A DNA stretch of 48,250 nucleotides, taken from contig NW_021834529.1 of assembly GCF_006345805.1 (NCBI RefSeq), positions 1 through 48,250 on the forward strand, read 5' to 3'. Below the pieces are notes generated by a model. The model saw nothing but the letters and a program-made list of their open reading frames with translations. It searched no databases and was not told the origin of the DNA. Source of the stretch: Octopus sinensis (Eukaryota). Both the position numbers and the translations under genes were made by a program. This document shows, piece after piece, positions 1 through 11,808 of this stretch (position 1 is its first letter; every line of letters starts with the position of its first letter).

Positions 1-213
1 CCCACGGATAACCTAATCTGTTTCCCCTTTTTACACTATGATATTTCTGTGATACACGATCCCAATTGATCGGCTTTTTTTTAACGGTCCCTTTTGATCG
101 AATGTCTACCACCTTTCCATTTTTTTTTCTTTTCCTTCTCTTCCTAGAAAGAAAAACTCTACTTTGTATTTTGTCCCTTCTGTGTTCAGCCCTGTGTGGC
201 CAATAAAGACACA
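1..213 (+). mobile_element. 3' UTR end of a Tx1-like LINE, related to the 24.1-30.2 kb element, running into (TCTA)n
   Basis: Shares blocks with 29820-30195 (ccacggataa, tgtgatacacgatccc, aaagaaaa.ctctac, cagccctgtgtggccaataaaga); followed directly by (TATC)n. Confidence 0.85.
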
Positions 214-309
<96 letters not shown>

Positions 310-322
310 CATCTATCTATCC

Positions 323-381
<59 letters not shown>

Positions 382-399
382 GGTCTGTCTGTCTATCTG

Positions 400-439
<40 letters not shown>

Positions 440-643
440 CCTACCAACTAACCTACCTACCTACCTACCTACCTACCTACCTACATATATACATACATAC
501 ATATCTGTCTACCTACCTACCTACCTACCTACATACATACATACATATCTGTCTATCTACCTACCTACCTACCTGCCAACCTACCTACCTACCTACTACC
601 TACCTAACATACCTACATACCTACCTACCTACCTACCACCTAC

Positions 644-680
<37 letters not shown>

Positions 681-717
681 ATATTCTATATCTATCTATC
701 TACTATCTATCTATCTA

Positions 718-807
<90 letters not shown>

Positions 808-809
808 GA

Positions 810-871
<62 letters not shown>
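214..871. repeat. Compound microsatellite (TCTA)n/(CCTA)n/(CATA)n/(TCTG)n
   Basis: Directly visible tetranucleotide arrays. Confidence 0.97.
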
Positions 872-1188
872 GCTCTCCCAAATAAACTTGCACTTCATTT
901 TTGAAGCCCCGAGAAAGCGATAATGTAGTGCACAAGAACTGCGTTCTAAGTGCTTTGCATTATCTTTCAGCAGAAACAGCGGCAAGCTAATGAAGTGCAT
1001 TGCATAATTTCCTGTTCTTTTGCCATTTATTTAATTTCATATCTAGTCAGACAGAAAGCCATATAGGCATACGTTATAGAGATACAGACACACATATGTA
1101 CATACATACGTACCTACACACCCGCGTATATTAATATAAGCATGTTGTGTGTATGTGTGTGTATATTACATTCGTGTATACATAATGC

Positions 1189-1227
<39 letters not shown>

Positions 1228-2287
1228 CATACCATACATTATATATACATATAGTATATACACACATACATACCACGTATATATATGATATATATATATA
1301 TATCTTTACATATGTGTTTGTGGAGATGTATATGTATGCATACATACATACATACATACATACATACATACATACCGACATACATACATTACAATACCAT
1401 ACATACATAACATACAAATTGTATACGCATAGATAAAGAGGCGTTCTGTGTGTCGTCTATATGTGCTTGTTATATGTGTCTGCGAAATGAGGACATGGGT
1501 GGGTTGGAGACAATCCATTGTCAGCATATCCGTCAGTCACTATGTATATATGTCAATTATAGAACTAATGTAAATCGAGACACTCTCAGATTAGAATATG
1601 CAATAAATATAAATAATAAATAATGTAGGATATAAAAAAAAAAGAAAAACATTAAAAAATCTTGAGAGAAGAAAAACCGAAAATATATATATATATCTAT
1701 ACAAAACAAAAAAAAAATAATAATGTCATGTTTAAGCAGAAAGATAGATTGTCTTTTATGTCTCCACGAATGAAACTTATCTTATTGGAAGTCATTCGAG
1801 AAGTTATTTGCTACTAATTAGGGTACGTATGCATGCATACATGCATACATACATGCATACATACATGCATGAAAAACGAATGATGATGAGGAAGATGATA
1901 GTAGGGGTGGCCGACGGTCGGTGGTAGTAGTTGTTGCTGGGTGGTGTGGGGGTGGGGTGGTGGTGATGATAACGACGAGTGCCACGGTTTACTATGATGG
2001 ACGATGCATTCAGTGACTGTAATGATAAGTAATGATGACGCAATGATACATAATACAGACATACATACATCATACATACTACATACATGCATGCATGCAT
2101 ACATACATACATAACATACATGCATACATAATACATACATACATACATGCATGCATGCATGCATAAATACATACATACATACAAAACATACCATACATAC
2201 ATACATAATACATACATGCATGCATACATAATACATACATACATACCTAATTACATACATACATACATGCATACATACATATATATA

Positions 2288-2636
2288 CAACTGATATAAT
2301 GATTTGGGATAGAGAAGAGCAACTGTACCCATTATGGAAATAGCTGCCAGCGGATGTTTAAGCGAAGATCAGTGGAAAAGGGAGGTTCAGGTTTATACCT
2401 GTAATTATTGGGGCCCTGGGATATGTAACCCACTGCTTAAATACTAACCTTGAGAAATTAGGCTTCTGAAAACCAGAAAGGAGAAAGCTAATTCGAAGGC
2501 TTACACATCCAATCCATCACTGGAACTGTAAAAATCTGTAAAACTTTTCAGAAGTTCATCATTTGAATATATATAAGTATCTCTAGGTATGTAATTCTAT
2601 CCGTGAGAATACATACATAAAACATGCAAATCTGCA
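2288..2636 (+). mobile_element. 3' fragment of an R4/Dong-like RLE non-LTR retrotransposon in a (CATA)n array, copy 1
   Basis: Manual translation across frameshifts: DIMIWDREE...FRFIPVIIGALGYVTHCLNTNLEKLGF*KPERRKLIRRL..IQSITGTVKICKTFQKFII*, the typical RLE C-terminus; (CATA)n on both sides. Confidence 0.8.
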
Positions 2637-2670
2637 CATACATACATGCATGCATGCATACATACATACA

Positions 2671-2704
<34 letters not shown>

Positions 2705-3026
2705 CATACGTTCGTACGTACGTACATACATACATACATACATACATACATACATACATACATACATACATACATACATACATACATACATACATGCATA
2801 CATTGATACATATATACATATATACATACTTACATACATGCATACATATATACATACATACATGCATACATACATACATATATACATATATACATGCATA
2901 CATACATACATATATACATATATACAACATACATGCATACATACATACATACATACATACCATGCATGCATGCATGCATACATACATACATACATACATT
3001 ACATACATACATACATACATAATACA

Positions 3027-3057
<31 letters not shown>

Positions 3058-3411
3058 CAACCTGATATAATGATTTGGCATAGAGAAGAGAAACTGTACC
3101 CAGTTATGGAAATTAGCTGCCCAGCGGATGTTTAAGCTGAAGATCAGTGGAAAAGGGAGGTTCAGGTTTATACCTGTAATTATTGGGGCCCTGGGATATG
3201 TAACTCACTGCTTAAATACTAACCTTGAGAAATTAGGCTTCTGAAAGTCTGAAAGGAGAAAGTTAATTCGAAGGCTTACACATCCAATCCATCACTGGAA
3301 CTGTAAAAATCTGTAAAACCTTTTAAAAGTTTATTATTTAAATATATATGAGCATGTCTAGATATGCAACTCTTTGCATGAGAATACATACATGAGACAT
3401 ACAAATCTGCA
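3058..3411 (+). mobile_element. 3' fragment of R4/Dong-like RLE element, copy 2
   Basis: Near-identical to 2288-2636; the ORF track shows QPDIMIWHREEKLYPVMEISCPADV (PD..E motif); flanked by (CATA)n. Confidence 0.8.
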
Positions 3412-3610
3412 CATACATACATAAAATACATACATACATACATACATACATACATACATGCATACATACAGGCATACATACATACATACATACATACATA
3501 CAACATACATGCATAAAGACATACCATACACTACATACATACATACATACATAATACATACATACATACATACATACATACATACATACATACATGCATA
3601 CATACATACA

Positions 3611-4329
3611 TTATGGCTGCCCCTCGTTATCGAGTATGGCCATTGCACGAAGCTAAACAGTTACTGGTGCTGTGATCGAATGTGACTTTTTAGCCCAGCT
3701 AAAGATCTACAATGTCTTGTACAGAATGGCAACTAAAACCTTACCGGTAATAGCCGGATGTAGTTGTAAAACTGGGCTTCATGTACCTTTGCATGGCGTT
3801 TAAGTCCTCCTGCCGATTACACTCTCTCTCCATATGCCCGACAGATATGATAGTATGGTGTGTTTTAACCACCAGTGGGCCAGGTTGTCACTCATCTGTC
3901 TCGTTTTATGACTACGAAGATGACTCATGAGTCTAGCTTTACTGAGGCAGGGTCTTGCACAGACACTGCATGTCAGAATCAAAGGAGGACCCTTCCCTTC
4001 TGGAAGTGTAACAGCGATGCCCTTCCTGACATCCCTCCTACCTTCTCATGTGCAACTCGAGATTTCTCAAACGAGGGCTGTCTCCTCATGCACATCCTTC
4101 TCCACCTGCTACGATCAATAGTTATGCCTTCCATGTGTCAGGAGAGATGCAGCATCTCTTAGGAAGCCTTCAGCAAGTCCTTATACCTCTTTTTGGTTAG
4201 TGGAGGTCGTTCCCCTTTAGCTAACTCTCCATAAAATGGTGTTTTGGGCATCCTTGAATCCATCATTCTGACCAGATGACCACTCCATCTGAGCCTTTGC
4301 TTTAACACAAGAGCTTCTATACTTTCAAC
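3611..4329 (-). mobile_element. 5'-truncated RTE-like LINE fragment with C-terminal C2H2 fingers, embedded in (TATG)n
   Basis: SIEALVLKQRLRWSGHLVRMMDSRMPK..FYGELAKGER..KKRYKDLLK (RTE post-RT motif) and CSVCARPCLSKARLMSHLRSH; the 3' end cgaggggcagccata runs into (TATG)n. Confidence 0.85.
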
Positions 4330-4496
4330 ATACATACATACATACATACATACATACATACATACATACATACAAACATACATACATACACACATACATA
4401 TATACATACATACACACATACATACATACATACGTACCTACCTACCTACCTACCTACCTACATACATACATACATACATACATACATACATACATA

Positions 4497-4600
4497 CCCT
4501 GTTATTCATTTTGAAATTCCAATGAAGGAACCTTGGATCTAGGTTAGAAACCGGTTCTTGCTCTATTGGCAAGAAATCTTGAAATAAACTGAATAATACC
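4497..4600 (+). mobile_element. ~105-bp (CATA)n-associated repeat, copy 1
   Basis: ccctgtt...gaaattccaatgaaggaaccttgg.tctaggttagaaaccggttc...gaaataaactgaataat; recurs at 4740-4842 and 35234-35339. Confidence 0.75.
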
Positions 4601-4661
4601 ATACATACATACATACATACGTACGTACGTACATACATACATACATACATACATACATACA

Positions 4662-4695
<34 letters not shown>

Positions 4696-4739
4696 CATAC
4701 ATACATATATACATACATACATACATACAAACAAAAATG

Positions 4740-4842
4740 CCCTGTTGTTGATGTTGAAATTCCAATGAAGGAACCTTGGTTCTAGGTTAGAAACCGGTTC
4801 TTGCTCTATTGGCAAGAACTCTTGAAATAAACTGAATAATGA
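4740..4842 (+). mobile_element. ~105-bp (CATA)n-associated repeat, copy 2
   Basis: Near-identical to 4497-4600; followed by catacatac. Confidence 0.75.
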
Positions 4843-5539
4843 CATACATACAAATACAAGGAGGAGCAAAAGCTGCGTTGATGATGCGTATTGATGCAGA
4901 AACACTCCTGCACTTGTTCTTTTCTTTTCTTTTCTTTTTTCTTTTTGTCTAAAAAGCAAAGAAAACCGACATTTCCCCAAAACCAAAGTTTTCCTAAACG
5001 GCAAATCAGCTTCGTAGTTTTTTTTTTCTTTCTTGATTCTTAAGATTGTCTCCCTTTAACATCGGTGCCAACTGCCACTACGAGGAATGTCTTTTCTGAA
5101 TGAGTTTGTTTGATATGTAGTGTACTTTTCAATGCGTTATACAGAGTATTTTTAAACGTCTTGTCACATAAACAAATATTATAAACAAACAGTCATAGAT
5201 AGTCATGCATACTTACATACATACATACATACGCACATGCCTCTAGGCTTAATTTAATTCACCTAGATCAAAGAAAAGTTAAACTTAAATACTTTAACGG
5301 TTACGTTAAGTTCCGTCATTCACACGCCACCGAAATCAGCATATGTTGAACAATAAAAGCCTGGAAGACCTTTCTAAGATTTAAAACAAGGCATTATTGT
5401 GCAAAGAACGACGGAAAGAACAAGTCATGAATATTTTCACTTGTTTTGGGAGGATGGAGTGGGAAGGGGTGGGGGTTAAATATTATTCTTTTTTTTCTTT
5501 TATCCATTTACTATATACACACACACTTATACACATACA

Positions 5540-6148
5540 CACACGACAGACCGTCATATACACACACACACACGACAGACCGTCATACACACACACACAC
5601 GACAGACCGTCATATACACATACACACGACAGACCGTCATATACACATACACACGACAGACCGTCATATACACACACACACGACAGACCGTCATATACAC
5701 ACACACACGACAGACCGTCATATACACATACACACGACAGACCGTCATATACACCCCACACGACAGACGTCATATACACTACACACGACAGACCGTCATA
5801 TACACACACGACAGACCGTCATATACCACACACACGACGACCGTCATATACACACACACACGACAGACCGTAATATACCATACACGCGACAGACCGTCAT
5901 ATACACACACACACGACAGACCGTCATATACACACACACACGACAGACCGTCATATACACACACACACGACAGACCGTCATATACACATACACACGACAG
6001 ACCGTCATATACACACACACACGACAGACCGTCATATACACACACACACGACAGACCGTCATATACACACACACACGACAGACCGTCATATACACATACA
6101 CACGACAGACCGTCATATACACACACACACACGACAGACCGTCGTGTG
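5540..6148 (+). repeat. ~24-bp minisatellite (CACACGACAGACCGTCATATACAC)n, roughly 25 units
   Basis: Direct tandem repeat with a constant core GACAGACCGTCATATAC and a variable CA tract. Confidence 0.95.
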
Positions 6149-6385
6149 GTGTGTGTGTGTATATGTGTGTGTGTTTGTTTGTTTTCCACCACCGCGTGAC
6201 AACCGGTGTTGGTGTGTTTACGTTTCCTTAACTTAGCGGTTCGGCAAAAGGAACCGATAGAGTAAGTACCAGGCTTAGAAAAAAATAAAAAGAAAGAAAA
6301 AACTTTCTGAGGGCGAGTTATTCGACTAGAAATTCTTCCAGCTGATGCCCCAGAATGGCCGCAGTCTAATGACTGAAACAAGATG
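6144..6385 (+). mobile_element. 3' half of SINE family A
   Basis: gacaaccggtgttggtgtgtttacg...aacttagcggttcggcaaa...atggccgcagtc.aatgactgaaacaag matches the 3' half of 9421-9822. Confidence 0.85.
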
Positions 6386-6629
6386 AAAAAAAAAAAAGAC
6401 AAAAAGACAAAGTATTTGAAGTACAAGAAGTGAGACTAGGCTTCGACAAATTCTTCGATACGAAAACGATGTTGCTTTGTTAGGGCTAAGGTAGATGTAC
6501 TTAAAATTAAAGGAACGAAAGCCTACCGATCTTTTGAAGGAGTAACTTCATAAAAGTAAAAGAAATGTACATTTCAGTGATTGATGGTCCGAAGTTCGCA
6601 CTTGTTATCCGATTCTAAGTAGTTGGATG

Positions 6630-7212
6630 CCTGCTGTCACTACGTCGGCTAAGACGACGAGGGTTCCAGTTAATCCGTTGAACGAAACAACCCGCTTTTG
6701 TAATTAACGTGCAAGTCGCTGAGAAGTCCACAGGTACAGGTACCCTTAACGTAGTTCTCAGGGAGATTCAGCATGGCACAGAATATGACAAGGCCGACCC
6801 TTTGAATTACAGCTACAACTTATTTTTTGCTAGCTGAGTGCACTGCAGCCACGTGAAATAAAGTGTCTTGCTCAAGGACAGCATGCGCTGCCGGGAATCG
6901 AACTCACGACCTTACAACCGTGAGCCGATTACCCTAACCTATTTCTTTATTACCCACAAGGGGCTAAACATAGAGGGGACAAACAAGGACAGACATAGGT
7001 ATTAAGTCGATTACATCGACCCCAGTGCGTAACTGGTACTTAATTTATCGACCCCGAAAGGATGAAAGGCAAAGTCGACCCCGGCGGAATTTGAACTCAG
7101 AACGTAAAGACAGACGAAATACCGCTAAGCATTTCGCCCGGCGTGCTAACATTTCTGCCAGCTCGCCACCTTACCCTGAGCCGATTACCCTAACCACTAA
7201 GCCACGCGCCTT
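6630..7212 (-). mobile_element. tRNA-derived SINE (family C, CORE-like), split by a family-B SINE
   Basis: Minus strand reads ggcgcgtggcttagtggttaggg (A box)...gagttcgattccc (B box)...tgtccttgagcaagacacttt. Confidence 0.75.
6940..7176 (-). mobile_element. SINE family B (tRNA head, Meta-like domain) with 19-bp TSD
   Basis: Minus strand ggcgagctggcagaaatgttagc...gagttcaaattcc...gcctttcatcctttcggggtcgataaattaagtaccag; TSD TGAGCCGATTACCCTAACC at 6921-6939 and 7177-7195. Confidence 0.9.
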
Positions 7213-7534
7213 CTCTAACCACACGAAAACACCTAAGGGGTCCCTGCTTTCTCCGTTTGATTTTCGGTTTTACCAATCCGCGTCACATGTTACACGGGCA
7301 CAAAGTTTCAAATTTGCAGGAATAAAGGCAACAATATCGAATCCAGTAGTTGACAGAACTTGCATGGCTTTAATTCATCTCTCACTGATCCCCGAAGGAT
7401 GAAGGATGAAGTTGACCTCATCAGGATTTGAAATCAAATTTGAACGTAAAGGGCCGTAACTGAATAACGCAAGGCGTTTTATTTGTCAATCTACGACGAG
7501 TTGTACCAAACTATATATACATTGACAACGGTCA

Positions 7535-7849
7535 CGATGATGATGATGATGAGGAGGAGGAGGAGGAGGGAAGTGGTCGTGGAGAGAGGATGAATATGAT
7601 GACAATGTTGATGTGGATTAAGATGATGACAACGACGAAGCCGATGTCAACAATTATGATGATAAGGAGATGGAGGAGGAGGGCGAGGGGGAGGAGGAGG
7701 AGGAAAAAGATGGGCTGGTGACGATGATGACGATAACAATGATGACGATAACAATGATGACGATAACGATGATAATGATGATGATGATGATTATGATGAT
7801 GATGATGATGATGATGACGATAACGATGATGATGATGATGATGATGATT

Positions 7850-7882
<33 letters not shown>

Positions 7883-8001
7883 GTGATGATGTCAGTAACG
7901 ACAACGACAACGACGTCGACGACACACGACGACAAAGACAATGATGATGATAATGATAATGATGGCGAACATGATAATGATGACGGTACCGACGACAACG
8001 A
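7535..8001. repeat. (GAT)n/(GAC)n/(GAG)n trinucleotide region
   Basis: Directly visible. Confidence 0.9.
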
Positions 8002-8227
8002 CAATATCTGTTTTGACTGAACGAGGCATGCAGTATCGCCTTACTGTACACAAAAGTATTCCAGTCGGGAGTGTCAATCGGGTGCACACATCTGACGTAT
8101 TTCGTTCTTGTAATCCGAGTATTCATCGTGCTTTAGTTGCACACACACATCGAGAGAGAGAGAGAGAGAGAGTAGGGAGATAGAATTGATGTATAAACCT
8201 CTTTCTGTATATAACGTGTGTGCGTGC

Positions 8228-8276
<49 letters not shown>

Positions 8277-8289
8277 AAGTTTAATCCAA

Positions 8290-8490
8290 ACAAGAAAACA
8301 CAAAAAAAAAAACACAGCAACGCGAGGACGTGGAACAAATAAAGTATTATTGGACGCCCAGGAAAGAAGGGAAGAAGAAGGGTTTAACGTTTCGAGCGGA
8401 CCTCTTCGTCGAAACATAGGAGAAGGAAAGATCCCGAGAAGGGAAGACAGAGGAAAAAAAATCGCTGGCGGTACTCACGAGGTCACACAC
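8290..8490 (-). mobile_element. Penelope-like pLTR remnant with a degenerate minimal hammerhead (~8382-8415), between (TA)n tracts
   Basis: Minus strand GTTT-CGACGA-AGAGgtccgCTC-GAAA-CG-TT-AAAC; layout resembles 33220-33400. Confidence 0.6.
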
Positions 8491-8492
8491 AC

Positions 8493-8559
<67 letters not shown>

Positions 8560-8579
8560 GTACATGTATACATACGTAT

Positions 8580-8610
<31 letters not shown>

Positions 8611-8826
8611 ATACATGCCTATACACATATACACAAGTATGTGTATATGTGTATACATGCATGTCTCTATATATGTATATGTGTATATATGTATGTCTCT
8701 GTATGTGTGTGAATGTCTCTGTCGGTGTCTATATATAAACATGTATATATATATATATATATATATTGTGTATATACACACAGCCACATATATATATATA
8801 TATATGTATATAAACACATACCTATA

Positions 8827-8860
<34 letters not shown>

Positions 8861-9420
8861 ACACACACACACACACATGCATATATATATAATGTGTTAT
8901 GTGAGCTTCTGTCTGTGTACAGGTGTGTATATATTAGTGTTATGAATGGCAGTGTGCAGGCGTGTCTGCAAGTAATTGTATGCGTGTGTATGAAACGTGT
9001 GTTTTTATATCCGAATATATTAGACGAGGTCGATGATGACCCCCCACCACTGTCACCAACACCCAAACCTCAAAAACATATCACCTTACTCTTTTCCTTC
9101 GTTTCACATCTTTCAACCCGTTCTCCACTCCCACAACGTCACATTTCGTCTCAATTACATCTCAATCAACCTCCTCCTCCTGCTCCTGCCCCTGCACCTC
9201 CTCCTCCTGCCCCTCCTCCTCCTGCCCCTCCTCCTCCTGCCCCTCCTCTACCCATATAGTCTCACTTATCCACCACCTGTACCTTTTTTGCCTTTCCCCC
9301 TATTTCTTCTGAAATACATGTCATATCGCCTAGTACTTCCCCCAAAATCCATGTCACAAAAATTGCAAAATATTATGCATATACATCCATGTATACATAC
9401 ATACATACATACATACATAG

Positions 9421-9579
9421 GCGTAGGAGTGGCTGTGTGGTAAGTAGCTTGCTTACCAACCACATGGTTCCGGGTTCAGTCCCACTGCGTGGCACCTTGG
9501 GCAAGTGTCTTCTACTATAGCCTCGGGCCGACCAAAGCCTTGTGAGTGGATTTGGTAGACGGAAACAGAAAGAAGCTCG

Positions 9580-9621
<42 letters not shown>

Positions 9622-9822
9622 TTGTGTTTGTGTGTCTGTGTTTGTCCCCCCAACACCGCTTGACAACCGATGCTGGTGTGTTTACGTCCCCGTAACTTCG
9701 CGGTTCGGCAAAAGAGACCGATAGAGTAAGTACTAGGCTAACAAAGAATAAGTCCTGGGGTGGATTTGCTCGACTAAAGGCAGTGCTCCAGCATGGGTTG
9801 CAGTCAAATGACTGAAATAAGT
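9421..9822 (+). mobile_element. SINE family A, full length, with internal microsatellite
   Basis: tRNA-like head (tggctgtgtggtaag; gggttcagtccc), gcaccttgggcaagtg, internal (TA)n/(TG)n and conserved 3' half; many copies in the window. Confidence 0.92.
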
Positions 9823-9834
9823 ACATACATAGAC

Positions 9835-10110
9835 GAAGCTGACCATATTGAGATCGCTCGTTGGTGGGTGGGAGTGGGGGGAAGAATGCTGGTGATCTCA
9901 AAGATTATAACAGCCACCAAGTTAACACACAACCAGTCAGATATTGTTGTCTAGGACCACAAGAAAAAGATAAGTTCTTTTGTGGAAATGAAGTGATAAG
10001 TTTGCAAATCCAGTCCCCAAGATACACTTTCAGTTTCGCACCCATTATTATTACTAGAGCAACCATGATACATATCAACCGGTCTGAGGCGAAGTATGGC
10101 TGGTCTTGAG
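9835..10110 (+). mobile_element. Old degraded RLE (R4-like) LINE fragment
   Basis: IITATKLTHNQSDIVV*DHKKKISSFVE and LQIQSPRYTFSFAPIII resemble HN.PDIVVWD..K...E and YKF.FIP.IIGA. Confidence 0.5.
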
Positions 10111-10125
10111 TTCTCGAGGAGAAAA

Positions 10126-10255
10126 CGGTTCGGTGAAAGAAATCAATAGAATAAGTACTAGGCTTGCAAAGAACAAGTCCTTTGGTCGATTTGCTCGACT
10201 AAATGCAGTGCTCCAGCATGGCCGCAGTCAAATGACTGAAACAAGTAAAGAGTAA
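10126..10255 (+). mobile_element. SINE family A, 3' end
   Basis: cggttcgg...ataagtactaggctt...gtgctccagcatggccgcagtcaaatgactgaaacaagtaaagagt. Confidence 0.85.
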
Positions 10256-10323
10256 TACATACATACATACATACATACATACATACATACATACATACAT
10301 ACATAACATACAATATATATATA

Positions 10324-10360
<37 letters not shown>

Positions 10361-10435
10361 GTTTATATAGATATATACATATATATATACGTATATATAT
10401 ATTATATATATATATCTATATATATATATATATAT

Positions 10436-10632
10436 CCGGAGTAAACACATAAATGTGAAACAAGGTGGAAAAGAGTACTCAAATACCAGTGGTAGAGTAA
10501 TATGCTTTATTTAAAGCAGCAGAAAATTCAACAAAACCTGTTACAAAACCTGTTGCAAAAACTGTCCGACGAACGGCAACGTGAAACTCAGAGTAACAGG
10601 TTTTGTTGAATTTTCTGCTGCTTTAAATAAAG
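10436..10632. mobile_element. Penelope-like pLTR fragment forming a 40-bp perfect inverted repeat, within (TA)n
   Basis: 10505-10544 is the exact reverse complement of 10593-10632; hammerhead motif lies in the loop and right arm. Confidence 0.7.
10561..10604 (+). ncRNA. Minimal type I hammerhead ribozyme motif (CCGACGA core variant)
   Basis: CUGU-CCGACGA-ACG(GCAA)CGU-GAAA-CUC(A)GAG-UA-ACAG; stems I, II and III all pair. Confidence 0.65.
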
Positions 10633-10664
<32 letters not shown>

Positions 10665-10721
10665 CATACATACATACATACGTACACGCATATATATGTG
10701 TGTGTGTGTAAATATATATAC

Positions 10722-10945
10722 ATGATGGGGTGCTGAAAAGTTCCTGGCTTTAAAAGTACTGTGAAAGGCCTGGCTGGAGGCCCAAGCCTTCCCAGCACTT
10801 TTACAGGGCTTAGAAAAACTGAAGGGCCGCTGCAATAAGCGTGTGAATTTGAGAAGGGAATATGTTTAATAAAATCATAATTATCTGAACCTCCTGAACT
10901 TTTTTTTTTTTTCTGTTACCGAAGGACAAAAAATTTCCCACGTAC
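10722..10945 (+). mobile_element. Internally deleted mariner remnant
   Basis: TIR-like ggggtgctgaaaagttcctggcttt and C-terminal transposase-like LQGLEKLKGRCNKRVNLRREYV*. Confidence 0.6.
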
Positions 10946-11489
10946 AGTAGTAAGAAACTATCGTCACTCACTATTCCATAACTAATTTTCGGGCTAATTA
11001 AGCAACCTATACTTCGATTAAAAGCTTCGCTTTGTAAGACAGATTTTTCATTTTGTTGTTCTTTAATTGTGACTGTGTAATACAGATATCCGATTGCGCA
11101 TGTGCATGATTAAAGACAAGAGTAGAAAAGAATGCTGAGTGAATGGCCTTCACACTCACACACAAATACAGACATATACAGACGTATGTATGCATGTATG
11201 CATGCACATGCATTGTCAATATACCTGACAATGTACCGGATGTTTACATTAAACATTTTTGCATAATTTCCCCTCCCACCCCCGCTGAAATCAATATGTC
11301 ACCCAACATGTCATCTCTTATTACTGAATAACACACTCGATTTACAAAAATTTTGATCTTTTTTTATGACATCGCGGTATAAAATAACCTTTAAATATTA
11401 AAATACAATACTTTATACGTGCACTCATTTACATGTGTGTGTAGGTTGGTATGTATACACTTATACGTGTATATATATATATTATATAT

Positions 11490-11523
<34 letters not shown>

Positions 11524-11537
11524 ATATATATATATAT

Positions 11538-11591
<54 letters not shown>

Positions 11592-11593
<2 letters not shown>

Positions 11594-11770
11594 AAACGGT
11601 AAGATAACAAAAGAAAGAAAGAGACCTCAATATTATGTAAATAGAGGAATTTACTGTAAATGTAATATGTGACAATTATTCGGTAGCCAAGATGGTAGTG
11701 TAGATTTCCACCTCGGCATCCGAAACTCAGAGTTTTATCTTGGCTACCGAATAATTGTCACATTTACAGA
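11592..11770. mobile_element. Second Penelope-like pLTR fragment with a 27-bp inverted repeat
   Basis: 11667-11693 is the reverse complement of 11737-11763; the loop holds GAAA-CTCAGAG-TT, the same stem III as at 10583-10595. Confidence 0.55.
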
Positions 11771-11775
11771 TATAT

Positions 11776-11808
<33 letters not shown>

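Noticed and set aside
164-3135. Long ORFs such as (YLSI)n, (MYVC)n and (HTYI)n
   Set aside because: Stop-free translations of tetranucleotide microsatellites.
5540-6148. CRISPR-like repeat array
   Set aside because: Intervening sequences are near-identical CA tracts, not unique spacers; no cas genes; eukaryotic context.
7025-7402. Recurrent ORF MRNWYLIYRPRKDERQSR (also at 16901)
   Set aside because: Antisense reading of SINE family B, not a gene family.
7654-8183. Poly-Met/Ile/Asp ORFs
   Set aside because: Translations of (GAT)n/(GAC)n; no domain or splice support.
9421-9495. Possible tRNA genes at SINE heads
   Set aside because: A/B boxes continue into SINE bodies; no complete cloverleaf evident.
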